From Candidatus Omnitrophica bacterium UBA6253 (GTDB lineage Bacteria; Omnitrophota; Gorgyraeia; Gygaellales; Profunditerraquicolaceae): a stretch of 64,000 nucleotides of DNA. The DNA lies in NCBI GenBank assembly GCA_002441245.1, contig DJVP01000005.1, forward strand, positions 66,303 through 130,302, read 5' to 3'. Below the pieces are notes generated by a model, which was not told the origin of the DNA, did not search any database, and saw nothing but the letters and a program-made list of their open reading frames with translations. Positions 49,301 through 61,300 of this stretch are shown one piece after another; the stretch's first letter is position 1, and each line of letters opens with the position of its first letter. Both the position numbers and the translations under genes were made by a program.

Positions 49301-52300
49301 GCCAACGATCAATGGGTGCAATATAAAGCTATTCTTTATTCCGATGGCCGAAATACGCCTACTGTCAGTAGTGTTACTTTGACCTATACTGACGCCTGGC
49401 TGAATATAACCGCGCCTAATGGCGGGGAATCCTGGCTTGAGGGGACAGCCCACAATATTACCTGGACATCCCAGGGCATAGACGCAGGGGCAAGTAATGT
49501 AAAATTAGAGTATTCCCCTGATAATGAGGCAACCTGGAAAACGATTATTGCCTCAACTCCTAATACCGGTACTTATACCTGGACGCTTCCTAATGACCCG
49601 GGTTTATTAACCAAAGTAAGGATTACCAGTATTGAATACCCTAATGTAGTTGATAAATCAAATACAACATTCAGGTTGATGGGCGCGGAGATTACCTCTC
49701 CTAATGGCGGAAATATCTGGGAATTAGGAAGGAGCCATGCGATAACCTGGAATTCAGGAGGGACCCTTGGTTCAAGTACCTTAAAATTTGAGTATTCAAT
49801 TGATGGCGGTTCTACGTGGGTCTCTCCGGAAATTGCCTCCGGCCAGACAGATGACGGGGATTTGACCTGGAATATTACAACGAGCACTTCTTACGCATCA
49901 GATAATGTCAAGGTGCGTATGACAGATACAGATAATACGCAAGTGGATGATTCTTCAGACGCGGTGTTTGCTTTGGTGCCGCAACCGGCAATTACCTTTA
50001 CTTACCCCTTGGGGGCAGAGCAGCTAAAGGTAGGAGCGCAATGTAATATTACCTGGACCACGAATTCACAGCAATTCGGCAGCCAGTTTGATTTGTATTA
50101 TTCCAAAGACGGTTTTACCACAGAGACATATATAGCAACAGTATCTTCCGGAGCTCCTGCTTCACCGCTTACCCCGAACACAGATTTATCATGTTCTTAT
50201 GCCTGGACTGTCCCGGATGACTTAAGCGATAATGTTACAATCAGGGTAAGGGAGGTTTCCGTCCCGACGGGAAGGGACACGACTACAAAGGTTTCGAAGG
50301 TTTCTTCAATATTCGAAATCGTTGACCCCAAGATCACCCTGACGTCGCCTAATGGCGGGGAGTTATGGGTAAAAGAGGAAACCAATAATATTACCTGGAC
50401 TTCGGAAGGAACTATACATAGCGGGAGTTTAGCTTTGCAGTATTCTATGGATGGAGGCAGTAACTGGATAACTATCACAGGCTTTGACGGGATCAATGAC
50501 GGCCTTTTTGCCTGGACCATACCTACGGATGCGGTATCGGATTTATGTAAGGTCAAGATAAAAGATACCGCGAGGACCACAGTCAGCGATGTGTCCGATA
50601 ATACTTTTAAGATAATCCCGAGCGCGACAATAGAGGTCAGGAGCCCTAACGGCGGAGAAATCTGGACAATCGGAGATACCTATACTATAACCTGGGCAGT
50701 TGCGGGGCAAATTACAGGCCACGATGTAACAATTGAATATTCCAAAGATAATTTCGTTAACGATATCAACCTTATCAAATCATCCACTCCCAACGACGGT
50801 TCGGAAACCTGGGTAGGGGTGCCTAATGATCCGTCCGCGGATGTAAAGATCAGGATAACCAGCATACAGGATCCGACTATTACGGATATATCCGACGCTG
50901 TCTTTACTATATGTACTTCCGGGATTACCGTGATATCCCCTAACGGGGGAGAGTTATGGGAGGTGCGTAACGCAAGCGACGCAACCCAGACAATCCATAA
51001 TATTAAATGGGTCTCCGGCAGCGGAGTCCCCGACGGGACTACGGATATCGTGCTTAAGATGTCTACAAATTCCGGCTCAAGTTATGATACTACTATAGCC
51101 ACAGGCAGGGCCAAGACCGGGTTATATCCATGGTCAGTGCCGGATAGCGTAAGTTCCCAGGTTAGAGTAAAGGCGTATTCGTTCGGTACTCCTACTAAAA
51201 CAGATGAGTCAAATGCTGATTTTTCTATTGTGCCTGTCCCCAAGATGACGATTACCTCGCCGTTATCTACCGGATTAACTGTGTGGAAGGTAGGCGCCTC
51301 TTATAATATCACTTGGACTAAGGTAGGGAATTTATCCAGCACAGTTGACCTGTATTATTCAATTAATGGCTCTACCCCTACTACTGTAATAGCAAAGGGT
51401 GTTTCTAACTCCGGAACGTATAGCTGGAGGGTGCCTAATGTCGGCCTGACCAGCCTTGCCAAGGTTAAGGTCATTGAGTCTACTATTCCTGTTAGAGATA
51501 CTATCAAAAAGATTGAAAGCACCTCTTCAGTATTTACTATTGTAGACCCAACTCTTACAATTACTTCTCCTAATGGCGCCGCATCTATAAATGATGCTGA
51601 GGCCTGGGTGCAGAGTGAGCAAAATTATATTACCTGGACACCGGATGGATTAGTGTCAAACGGCCTCCTAATAGAATATTCGAGGGATTCCGGCTCCAGT
51701 CCAACCAGGTATACTATTTATGACGGTATTGTCCCGGGTACGGGATTGACTCCCGGATCAAATTATGCCCGGGCTGTAACTATTAATAATACCGCTTCCG
51801 CTTTAAGCCTTGAAAATTATCAGGTTAAATTTACGCTTGATACCAGTTCTTTGATCTCAGCGAAAATGCGTGCGGATGGCTATGATATTATGTTCGCTGA
51901 TGAAGATGAGGTCTGCCCGTATTGGATTGAGCCGGGTACTATAAATACCACTCAAACTAAAATATGGGTGAAGGTCCCCCAGATACCGGCTGGCGCAACC
52001 AAGAAGATATATATGTATTACGGCAATCCCAATGCCACTGTTAACCAAAATTTCGATAATACATTTATAAAAAATGTAATTAATGATGATATCGCAGGGT
52101 ACTGGCATTTTGATGAAGGGGCAGGGACGGTTGCCTATGATGCCAGCGGTACCGGCAGGGACCTAAGTGTAGTAGGGGCTACTTGGCATACGGCTGACGG
52201 AGGAAGATGGAGCACTCAAAAGAGCGTAAGTTTTAACACGGGGTCGTGCCTGATCTTTGACGGAAATGATTACGCGGGATATTCCGACAATATTATTACT

Positions 52301-55300
52301 GATCCGCAGAAATTCAGCGTAGAGGCATGGATATATCCTACAGATGTTACTACTGAGGGGTATATTGTTCAAAAGACCGGCGATACAAGCAGTTATTCCC
52401 TTAAAATAGCCGCAGGAGGGTCTCTGCAATTCTGTATATATGACGCAACTAATACGCCTCAAATAGCTTCGGGGAATGAGGCGCTCTCTGCCGGCATTCC
52501 TTATCATATCGCTGGAACATACGATAGTACTGATGGACTGGTAAAATTATATATAGATGGCGCATTACAGGTTAGCACTGCTACAGCTACTGAGATTAAC
52601 ACTACATCGGCACCGTTTAAGATCGGGGATACTTTTAAGGGAAGGATAGATGAGGTTTCTATTTATAATAAAGCCTTGTCTTTAGCTGAGATAACCGCGC
52701 ATTTTGAGAGAAGGCAATATGCAAGCACAGCTCCGGCTACTCCGGTAGTTGCGGCAGAAGAGCCGATAAATAAATATTTGTGGACTATACCTTCTGATCC
52801 TGCGGACCTATCGCAGTACGTAAAGGTGTATATTACTGACCGCAATACCGTAGTCGGCGGCAGCACGATCTCCGATGCATCCGATAATTATTTCAGTATT
52901 ATCAGTTATCCAAGGGTTATTATTAAGCAGCCAAACGGCGGCGAGGTGCTTACCACTGCGGATTCCTACGATATAACCTGGAGATACGATGGTAATATAG
53001 GTAAGGATACTGATTATATGACATTGGATTATTCTATTGACGGAGGTACTAATTGGGTAACTCCCGCTATAAACGATTATGTGCTTAATAGAAACGGTAC
53101 CTTTACCTGGCTCTCTATACCGGATGCTCCATCTTCGGATGTGCGGGTTAGAATCAGGCATAATAGTGATCCGCTCGTTGTCGATGTATCTGATGCGTCT
53201 TTTAAGATCCAGGGTAAATTAATACTTCCATCAGTGGATCATCTTCCTCAGTTTACCGAGGTTCAGGGGGGGAGCACTGAATATATTTATTGGGATACAG
53301 TAGGTACGATTAATCAGGTAATACTTCAATATTCCAAGGATGGTTTTGTTTCCGACGTACACACTATCGTAGAAGGACTGGCTAATTCCGGCTCTTATTT
53401 ATGGACAGTGCCGCGCGATTGCTCTGAGTCAGTGGAGTTGCGCGTAATAAATTATGTTGATGCAGATGTATATGATGTTTCTGAGGTATTTACCATTAAA
53501 GGGCTTACGCTTACTTCTCCTAACGGATCCGAGAACTGGGCGATAGCTACTGTGCATAATATAACCTGGAGTTCAGTCTCCTTGCAAAGTTCAAACGTCA
53601 AGTTAGAGTATTCCGTAGACAATGGCACAACCTGGGATGAAATTATTGCCTCTACGCCGAACACCGGTTCTTATAGCTGGACTATACCTAATAACGGGGT
53701 CAGTGATGGAGAGGCGTTAGTCAGGGTAAGCGATGCTTCGTTGTCAGGGGTATGGGATATATCAAATGCCAATTTTACCATAACCGCCGGGGCCTTAAGC
53801 GGCATAACTATCCAGCCGGTTTCTAATATTGCCCGCTCAACAACTAATTATAATATAGATTTTACTGTTCAAAGCCCTATACCGGCTGATGGAGATGTGG
53901 AGATAGTTTTTGATGCGGATTATAATATCTCAGCTGCCGCAGTCTCCTTGCCTACGGATGGTACCAGTATTGTCAGCAAGCTGAATAACTGCCTGGTAAT
54001 AAACCTTGCTACTGCAATAGATGAAGGTACTCAATCGGTCTATCAGTACAGGCGGTTAATTAACCTTAGTTCTGCCACCACAATAGCTAATTATCAGGTG
54101 CAGGTTGATTTGACTGCTGCTGATTTTGATTATGGCCATGCTAAATCAGATGGAGGCGATATAAGATTCTATGATACAGCTATGAATACATTGGATTACT
54201 GGATAGAAACATGGGTCAGCGGAGGAACTTCCAAGATTTGGGTAAAGATCCCTAATATCGGCACAACATCATTCTATATATATTACGGAAAGGCTGACGC
54301 GATAACAACATCCAGCATAGACGCTACAATGGATGCGGGGTTAAGATTTAAATATTATGATGGGATTGCCTTTGCGGATCCTTCGTTGGGAAACGCCATA
54401 GATACGGATATCAACCATGATTGGGGTAGTGATGTTGTTTCAATTAACGGGGTGGGAACGGATTCTGATACGCTTAGTATAAGGTGGGAAGGGTGGGTAA
54501 AAAATAAAGGCAGCGGTACGCATAATTTCTATACTACTACAGATGACGGAGCCAGGCTTTATGTAAACGATACGCTGGTTATTAATCATTTCATTGATCA
54601 AGCTGAAACCGAATATGTTGCTGCAGTCAGTCTTTCTTCCGTAGTGCCTATTAAATTTGAATATTATGAAAATACAGGAAGCGCTGTAGCGCAATTAGGA
54701 TGGGCCCCTGCTGATAGCACGGGTAAAGTTTATCCTATACCTTCAACTTATTTGTATTGCCACAAATATTCCGCAAGCGCGCCAACCTTGACTATGGATG
54801 ATGAAACCGCGGTTCCCGCCGGTAAAGCCGTTTCCTTGGTAATCTCTGGTATTAAAAATCCAGCTGCCCAGATAACCGACTCATTCTTTATAGAAACCCA
54901 GGATGCAGAGGATAGGGCGATGGATAGGGGTACGACAGATGGCTTAACAATAGTGCCTGGTACAATATCTCCTACAGTTACTTCTGGGAGTTTGAAGGTG
55001 AGCACTCTAACCAGTTATGGTTTTATTTTTACGCCGGCGCATACGGTTGAAGCAGGTGGTAAGGTAGTGATCGGATTTGATGCCGACTATGATTTAAGCG
55101 CGGTAGGCGCAAGTAATATCACAGGAAATACCGGTGCCACTCTTTCAGTGGATAATAGCGCCAAGATTATAACCGTAAACTTAGGCTCGGGGATAACCAG
55201 TACGGCCACTCTTACTATAGCTAATATCAAGAATCCTCCCTATGTCCAAACCACGCAGGCATTTTCAGTGGCTACAAAGACAGCGGCCTTGAATACAATA

Positions 55301-58300
55301 GACCAGGGGGTAGCGGCCGGCGTGGGCATAACAGCGGGTACATTGAGCAGCCTTTCCGTTTCCGCGGCAAGCTTAGAGGTGAGCGCGGTTACGGATTATA
55401 ACTTTGGTTTTACCACTGAACATGCTTTAGCGGCAGGTCATAAAGTCAGCATTCAGTTTGACCCTGATTATGATTTAACCGGAGTGGGAGTATCTAGCGT
55501 GGGAGGGAACTCCGGCTCAACCGTTAGTGTTAATGGAAATATCCTAACGGTTACCTTGGGCGAGAGTATCCCGGCAACAACCGCAGAGGTATTAACTATA
55601 AACAATATAAAGAATCCTTCTTATGTGCAGACAGTGAACAATTTCTCAATAATAAGCAAGGATCCTAATGAAGAGATTATTGACCAGGCAACTATAAGTG
55701 GTGTTACTACGGTTGCCGGTAATTTTAATGCTACTGTTTCTATATCTAATGTTTCCAGTGATAAAACCGGAGCCACGCTGGTACAGTACACCTTTAATTT
55801 TACTCCTATCCATAGCGTAGCGGCAGGAGGTACCGTAAGGATAGATTTTGATGCTGATTATAATACGAGTTCGGCGAGCCTGATCTCTCCATCCTCTGAC
55901 TATACAATTAATTCAAGAGGGAGTAACTATGTGATATTAAATTTGGTAAATGCTCTTGAAACCGGAGTTGCCGAGGCCATTAGGCTGGGAAACATAACTA
56001 ATCCTGCCTATGTGCAGTCAGTTACTTTTAGTATCAGCACTTACAATGCCTCCGGAAGGGTTGACAGCGGCACTTCGCCAAACTTCAGTATCCTGGCATC
56101 AGTTTTAGTAAATTGTTCGGTTACGCCGTCTTCTTATATTGCCACTGAAACAAGTACTAATTATATTGCGTTTGCCCCGGTTAACCCCCTTAGTATAGGG
56201 GATTTGGTAGAGATTACATTTGACAGCGATTATGTTTTGACAAGTGCTGTTTTCTCAAGCGGTAATAGCGGCGCCACATTAAGTATTTCATCCAATAAAC
56301 TCATTGTTACCTTAGGCACGGCGATTGAAAGCCTGACTCCTGCAACTTTTGCTATTTCCGGAATCAAGAACCCCGGGGCGCAGGTTACGGATTATTATTC
56401 CATTGTTACTAAAAAGTCCACAGGCGAAATCAGGGATGAAAATTCCCAGGTGGCTAAAAATACAATCGTAACGGGTACTCTGACAAGCTTGTCAGTCTCT
56501 TCCAGCACAACCGAGGTAAGCGAAAGGATAGAAGCTACTCCGTATTTAAGCTTTAATTTTACATTGGCACATGAGCTTCCTGTTGGAGGGTATGTTAAGA
56601 TATATTTCGATCCGGATTATGTATTCCAGGTGGATACTTTCTGCGTTACTAATGATTATAACCTTTCCAAAGATGACACAAATAAGATTATCAGCCTGCA
56701 AAGGACAAGTTCTGCTGTGCAGACAGGCGCAACGACTATACAACTGGCAAATATCAAGAACCCGCCTTATGTCCAGACTACCGGGAATTTCTTAATAAGA
56801 ACCGAGCTTTCCAATCAAACTGCTATAGATGTAGGATCTGCAAGCGGCATTGGGATTACAGCAGGTGCATTGACCGGTATTACTTTAACTGCGGATTCTG
56901 CAATTGTTAGTGAATTTACAACCTATGCGTTAGACTTTACTAGCGACCATGCGGTAGAAGCAGGGGGTAAGATCAGCGTTGCTTTTGATACGGACTATGA
57001 ATTCAAATTATCTGGAAGATATGCCTGCGTGGTTTCTATGGTAGATAGCTCTTTAACTATTATAGATATATCGACTTCTGCCGGACCTACACTTGTCTCT
57101 GAAATCTCGGATGGGACAGGAGGATTTACTAAATTAGCCGGCGTTAAGTCAGTTTATGTATCAGGCAATTATGTATATGCGGTTTCCTCAATTGACAGTT
57201 CTTTAACCATTATAGATATATCTACTCCTGCCAGCCCGGTGCTTGTCTCTGAAATCTCGGATGGGACAGGAGGATTTACTAAATTAGACGGAGCTCAGTC
57301 AGTTTATGTATCAGGCAACTATGCTTATGTTGCAGCTTCAACAGATAACGCGTTAACCATTATAGATATATCTACTCCTGCCAGCCCGGTGCTTGTCTCT
57401 GAAATCTCGGATGGGACAGGAGGATTTACTAAATTAGGCGGAGCCAAATCAGTTTATGTATCAGGCAACTATGCTTATGTTGCAGCTTCAACAGATAACG
57501 CGTTAACCATTATAGATATATCTACTCCTGCCAGCCCGGTGCTTAAGTCTGAGGTGTATGATGGGGATGGAGAATTCAGCAGGCTGGCCGGAATTGAATC
57601 CGTCTATGTATCAGGTAACTATGCATATGTTAGTTCTTCAACGGACAGTTCTTTGACTATCATGGATATATCAGACCCGGCTAATCCGGTGCTTAAGTCT
57701 GAGGTGTATGATGAAGACGGGCAGTTTACTAAATTAGGCGGTGCTTATTCAACTTATGTATCGGGTAATTACGCTTTTGTTGCTTCTGCTACGGACAGTT
57801 CTTTGACTATCATGGATATATCAGACCCGGTTAATCCGGTGCTTAAATCTGAAGTTTACAATGGTGACGGGCAATTTACTAAAATAGGCGCTCCGCTTGC
57901 AGTTTTTATATATGGAGATCAGGTTGTTTTTGGCAATAATGCAGGGGCGACAGTTGCATCCAGCGGCAACCTGTTAAACATTACTTTAGGTACTGCTGTG
58001 GGGTCTAACCAGGCTGTCAGCCTGGAGCTAGATAATATAAGGAACCCATATTATGTGCAGACACCAGAGGTTTTTCAAGTGCAGACCAAGAATTCCGCAG
58101 GCGGAGTAATAGATCAGAATCTTTCTGTTGCTTCTACGTCTATCGTAAAGGGTAGCTTTACAGGTTTAAGTGTTGCGGCTGTGGACAGGGAAATCAGCAA
58201 GTCTGATAACTATACATTTACTCTTACTTATAGCCATCCGGTGCCAAAAGATGGTTATTTGAAGATTGAATTTGATACCGACTACGATTTAAGTTCGGCG

Positions 58301-61300
58301 TATCTGGTCAGTCCTACTGACCGCTATACCTATTTATGGAATACTGGCTGGACATATATAGAACTTAAATTAAAAGAGGGAGTTATAGCTAATACTACCG
58401 ATACTATCGTGTTGGGGTCAGTGAAAAATCCAAGTTTTGTACAGCAGACCAGCGAACATCAGATTACAAGTTTAAGTACGGATGCCACAGGCAATGCGAT
58501 TATAGACCAATCTACGCTTACCGGCCTGGTAATTATCGGTGGAAAACTGACCGGCGTATCTGTCAATACTACTAATAATATTGTTACCGAAACTTCAAAT
58601 TACACAATTAACCTTACAACTAAGAATCCAATGTCGCTTAATCCTTCGATCAAGGTGCGTTTTGATGCAGATTATAATATATCGGGGGCTACTTTTGTTT
58701 CCGGAACAGTCGATGGGGCAGCTATGGTCACGCAGGCTACTCCCCTTACCATAGATGCAGTTAATAATATTGTGACACTTGGGCTTGCTATGGATATAAC
58801 CAACTCTACAGCTGTTATATCTTTTACTCTCTCGGGTATTGTTAACCCTAAGTATGAACAAGCAGTGGAGTTTGATATAACTACCCAGTATGGCGGTAAT
58901 GATATAGATATTACTGATCCGGCTGCCAAGCCTGTAGTGTCTATATCCGCAGGCGCCATAACCGCTGCGAGCGTTAGCCCGGTTACAACAGAGGTAAGTG
59001 AATCCGGAAATTACACATTTAATTTTACTCTGCCGCATGTTTTGTATACGGGAGGTTTCTTAAGAATACAGTTTGACGCGGATTATAACTTGACCAATAC
59101 CAACTGTCAGACAAGTGGTTATTCATTGTCAAAAGGCGCAGACTATATTTCCCTGCAAAGGACAGGTGCGCAATTAACAGGCAGCCAGAGTTTAGTTTTG
59201 GGTAATGTTAAAAACCCTTCCTATATTCAAACTACCGGTAATTTTGTTATGCGTACAGAGGATTCGGCGCATAACAAAATTGACGGGGCGGAGATTGCGG
59301 GAGTTACAACAACAACCGGTACTTTAACCGCTCTTTCTTTGACGCCGACTGATTCTACTGTGGCAAATACCACCTCTTATATTATAGCCTTTACTACGGA
59401 TCATGCGATAGTGCAAAATGGCAAGGTTGAAGTTACCTTTGATTCTGATTATACGTTAACCGGCGTAGGGGCCAATGATGTTTCAGGCAATGCAAACTCA
59501 ACAGTGGCAGTAAGCGGCAATAAGATGATCATAACATTAGGTACTGCCGTAGCCGCAGCAACGCCTGTATCTTTGCAGGTATCGAATATTGTGAATCCAA
59601 CTTATGTTAAGACTACTAACAGTTTTGCATTTGAAACAAAAGATGCTACGGCAGGGCTTCTGGACCAGGGGACGGCTTCAGGCATAACAACCGTAGCCGG
59701 TACATTTACCGGGGTAAGCGTAAGCTCTAACTACTACACTACGGGCAAGTCCGATGTTTCCTATACATTTAATTTTACGTACGCGCATGATGTACCTCTG
59801 GATGGATTTTTGAGGATAGATTTTGATACTGATTATGATACGTCTGCTGTTGCGGTAGCGCACGCTGATTACACAAAGCAGGAGGCCGGAGCTAATTATG
59901 TGGTATTAAAGTTGCTTGCGGCAAAGGCAAAAGGAACAGTAGAGTCGGTAGTATTAAGCAATATCAAAAATCCAGGGTATGCCCAGACCGTAACTTTTAA
60001 TATCAAGAGCATGAACACGGCAGGTTCTGTGATTGATATTGTTACTACGCCTTCGCTTGGCATTGTCCCTGCCAGCCTTACGGCGCTTACCAGGGGATCG
60101 AATAGTTATATTGCAACTGAAACAGCTACCTACACAGTGAACTTTACTACATTTAATGCGATTCCCGCAGGAGGAAAGGTTGAGATAGCCTTTGATTCGG
60201 ATTATGTATTAACAGGGGTAGGGGCTAATGATGTTTCAGGCAATACAGGCTCAACAGTAGCCGTAAGCGGAAGTACTTTAATTGTAACTATAGGTACTGA
60301 GATTCCCGCTTCTACTGCGGAAAGTCTGTCTATAGCTAATATCAAAAACCCAGGTGCTCAGACTACAGGCAGTTTTTCTCTGCTTACTAAAAATGCCTCC
60401 GGATACAGCCTTGACCAGGGTACTATAACAGGAGTAACTATCACTACCGGTTCCTTGAGCGCCCTTACTACGACACCCGTGCATACCGAAGTAAGCTATA
60501 GCACTAATTATACCTTTGGTTTTACTGTTGGGCATACAGTACCTGTAGGCGGGTTTATCAAAGTGCAGTTTGATAGTGAATATGATCTTTCTTCAGCTTA
60601 TGTGGTAGGTGATTATACAATATCCAAGGGGGCTAATTATGTTTCATTGCAAAGGAATGTTTCTGCTTTAACCGGCGCCATCACAGTAGAGTTGAGGAAC
60701 ATTAAGAACCCGTCTTATGTCCAAACCACAGATACATTTATTATAACCACGGAATTATCAAATCATGATTCCATAGATGTGGGGAACGCGCCTGCTATAA
60801 CTACAACAGCCGGAACATTAACATCTACAAGCATTGTGCCTGCGACAACTATTGTGGCAGAGCCGACTTCTTATACGCTTAACTTTACCACCGACCATGC
60901 TATAGGACAATATGGCATGGTGGAGGTTAGTTTTGATTCCAGCTGTGATATATCCCTGGTTTTCCCAGGTGATGTCAGTGGCAATGACGGTTCAACAGTG
61001 GCAGTAAGCGGAAATAAATTAATCATAACTTTAGGCACTGCCTTGGATGCGGGCGTGTCAGAAGAATTAGTAATCTCGAATATTACAAATCCTACTTATG
61101 TGAAAACCACGGATACTTTCTTTGTGCAGACTAAAAATCCTACAGGCGGAGTTATAGATGAAGTGACTGCTGCCAGCATAACTACCATTACAGGGGCATT
61201 AGGGTCGCCTTCTGTTACTCCAGCTTCTTTAGTTTCCGGCGCGACAACATCTTATGCCTTTGTATTTACACCGGCTCACGCCGTGCCCTTGAATGGTTAC

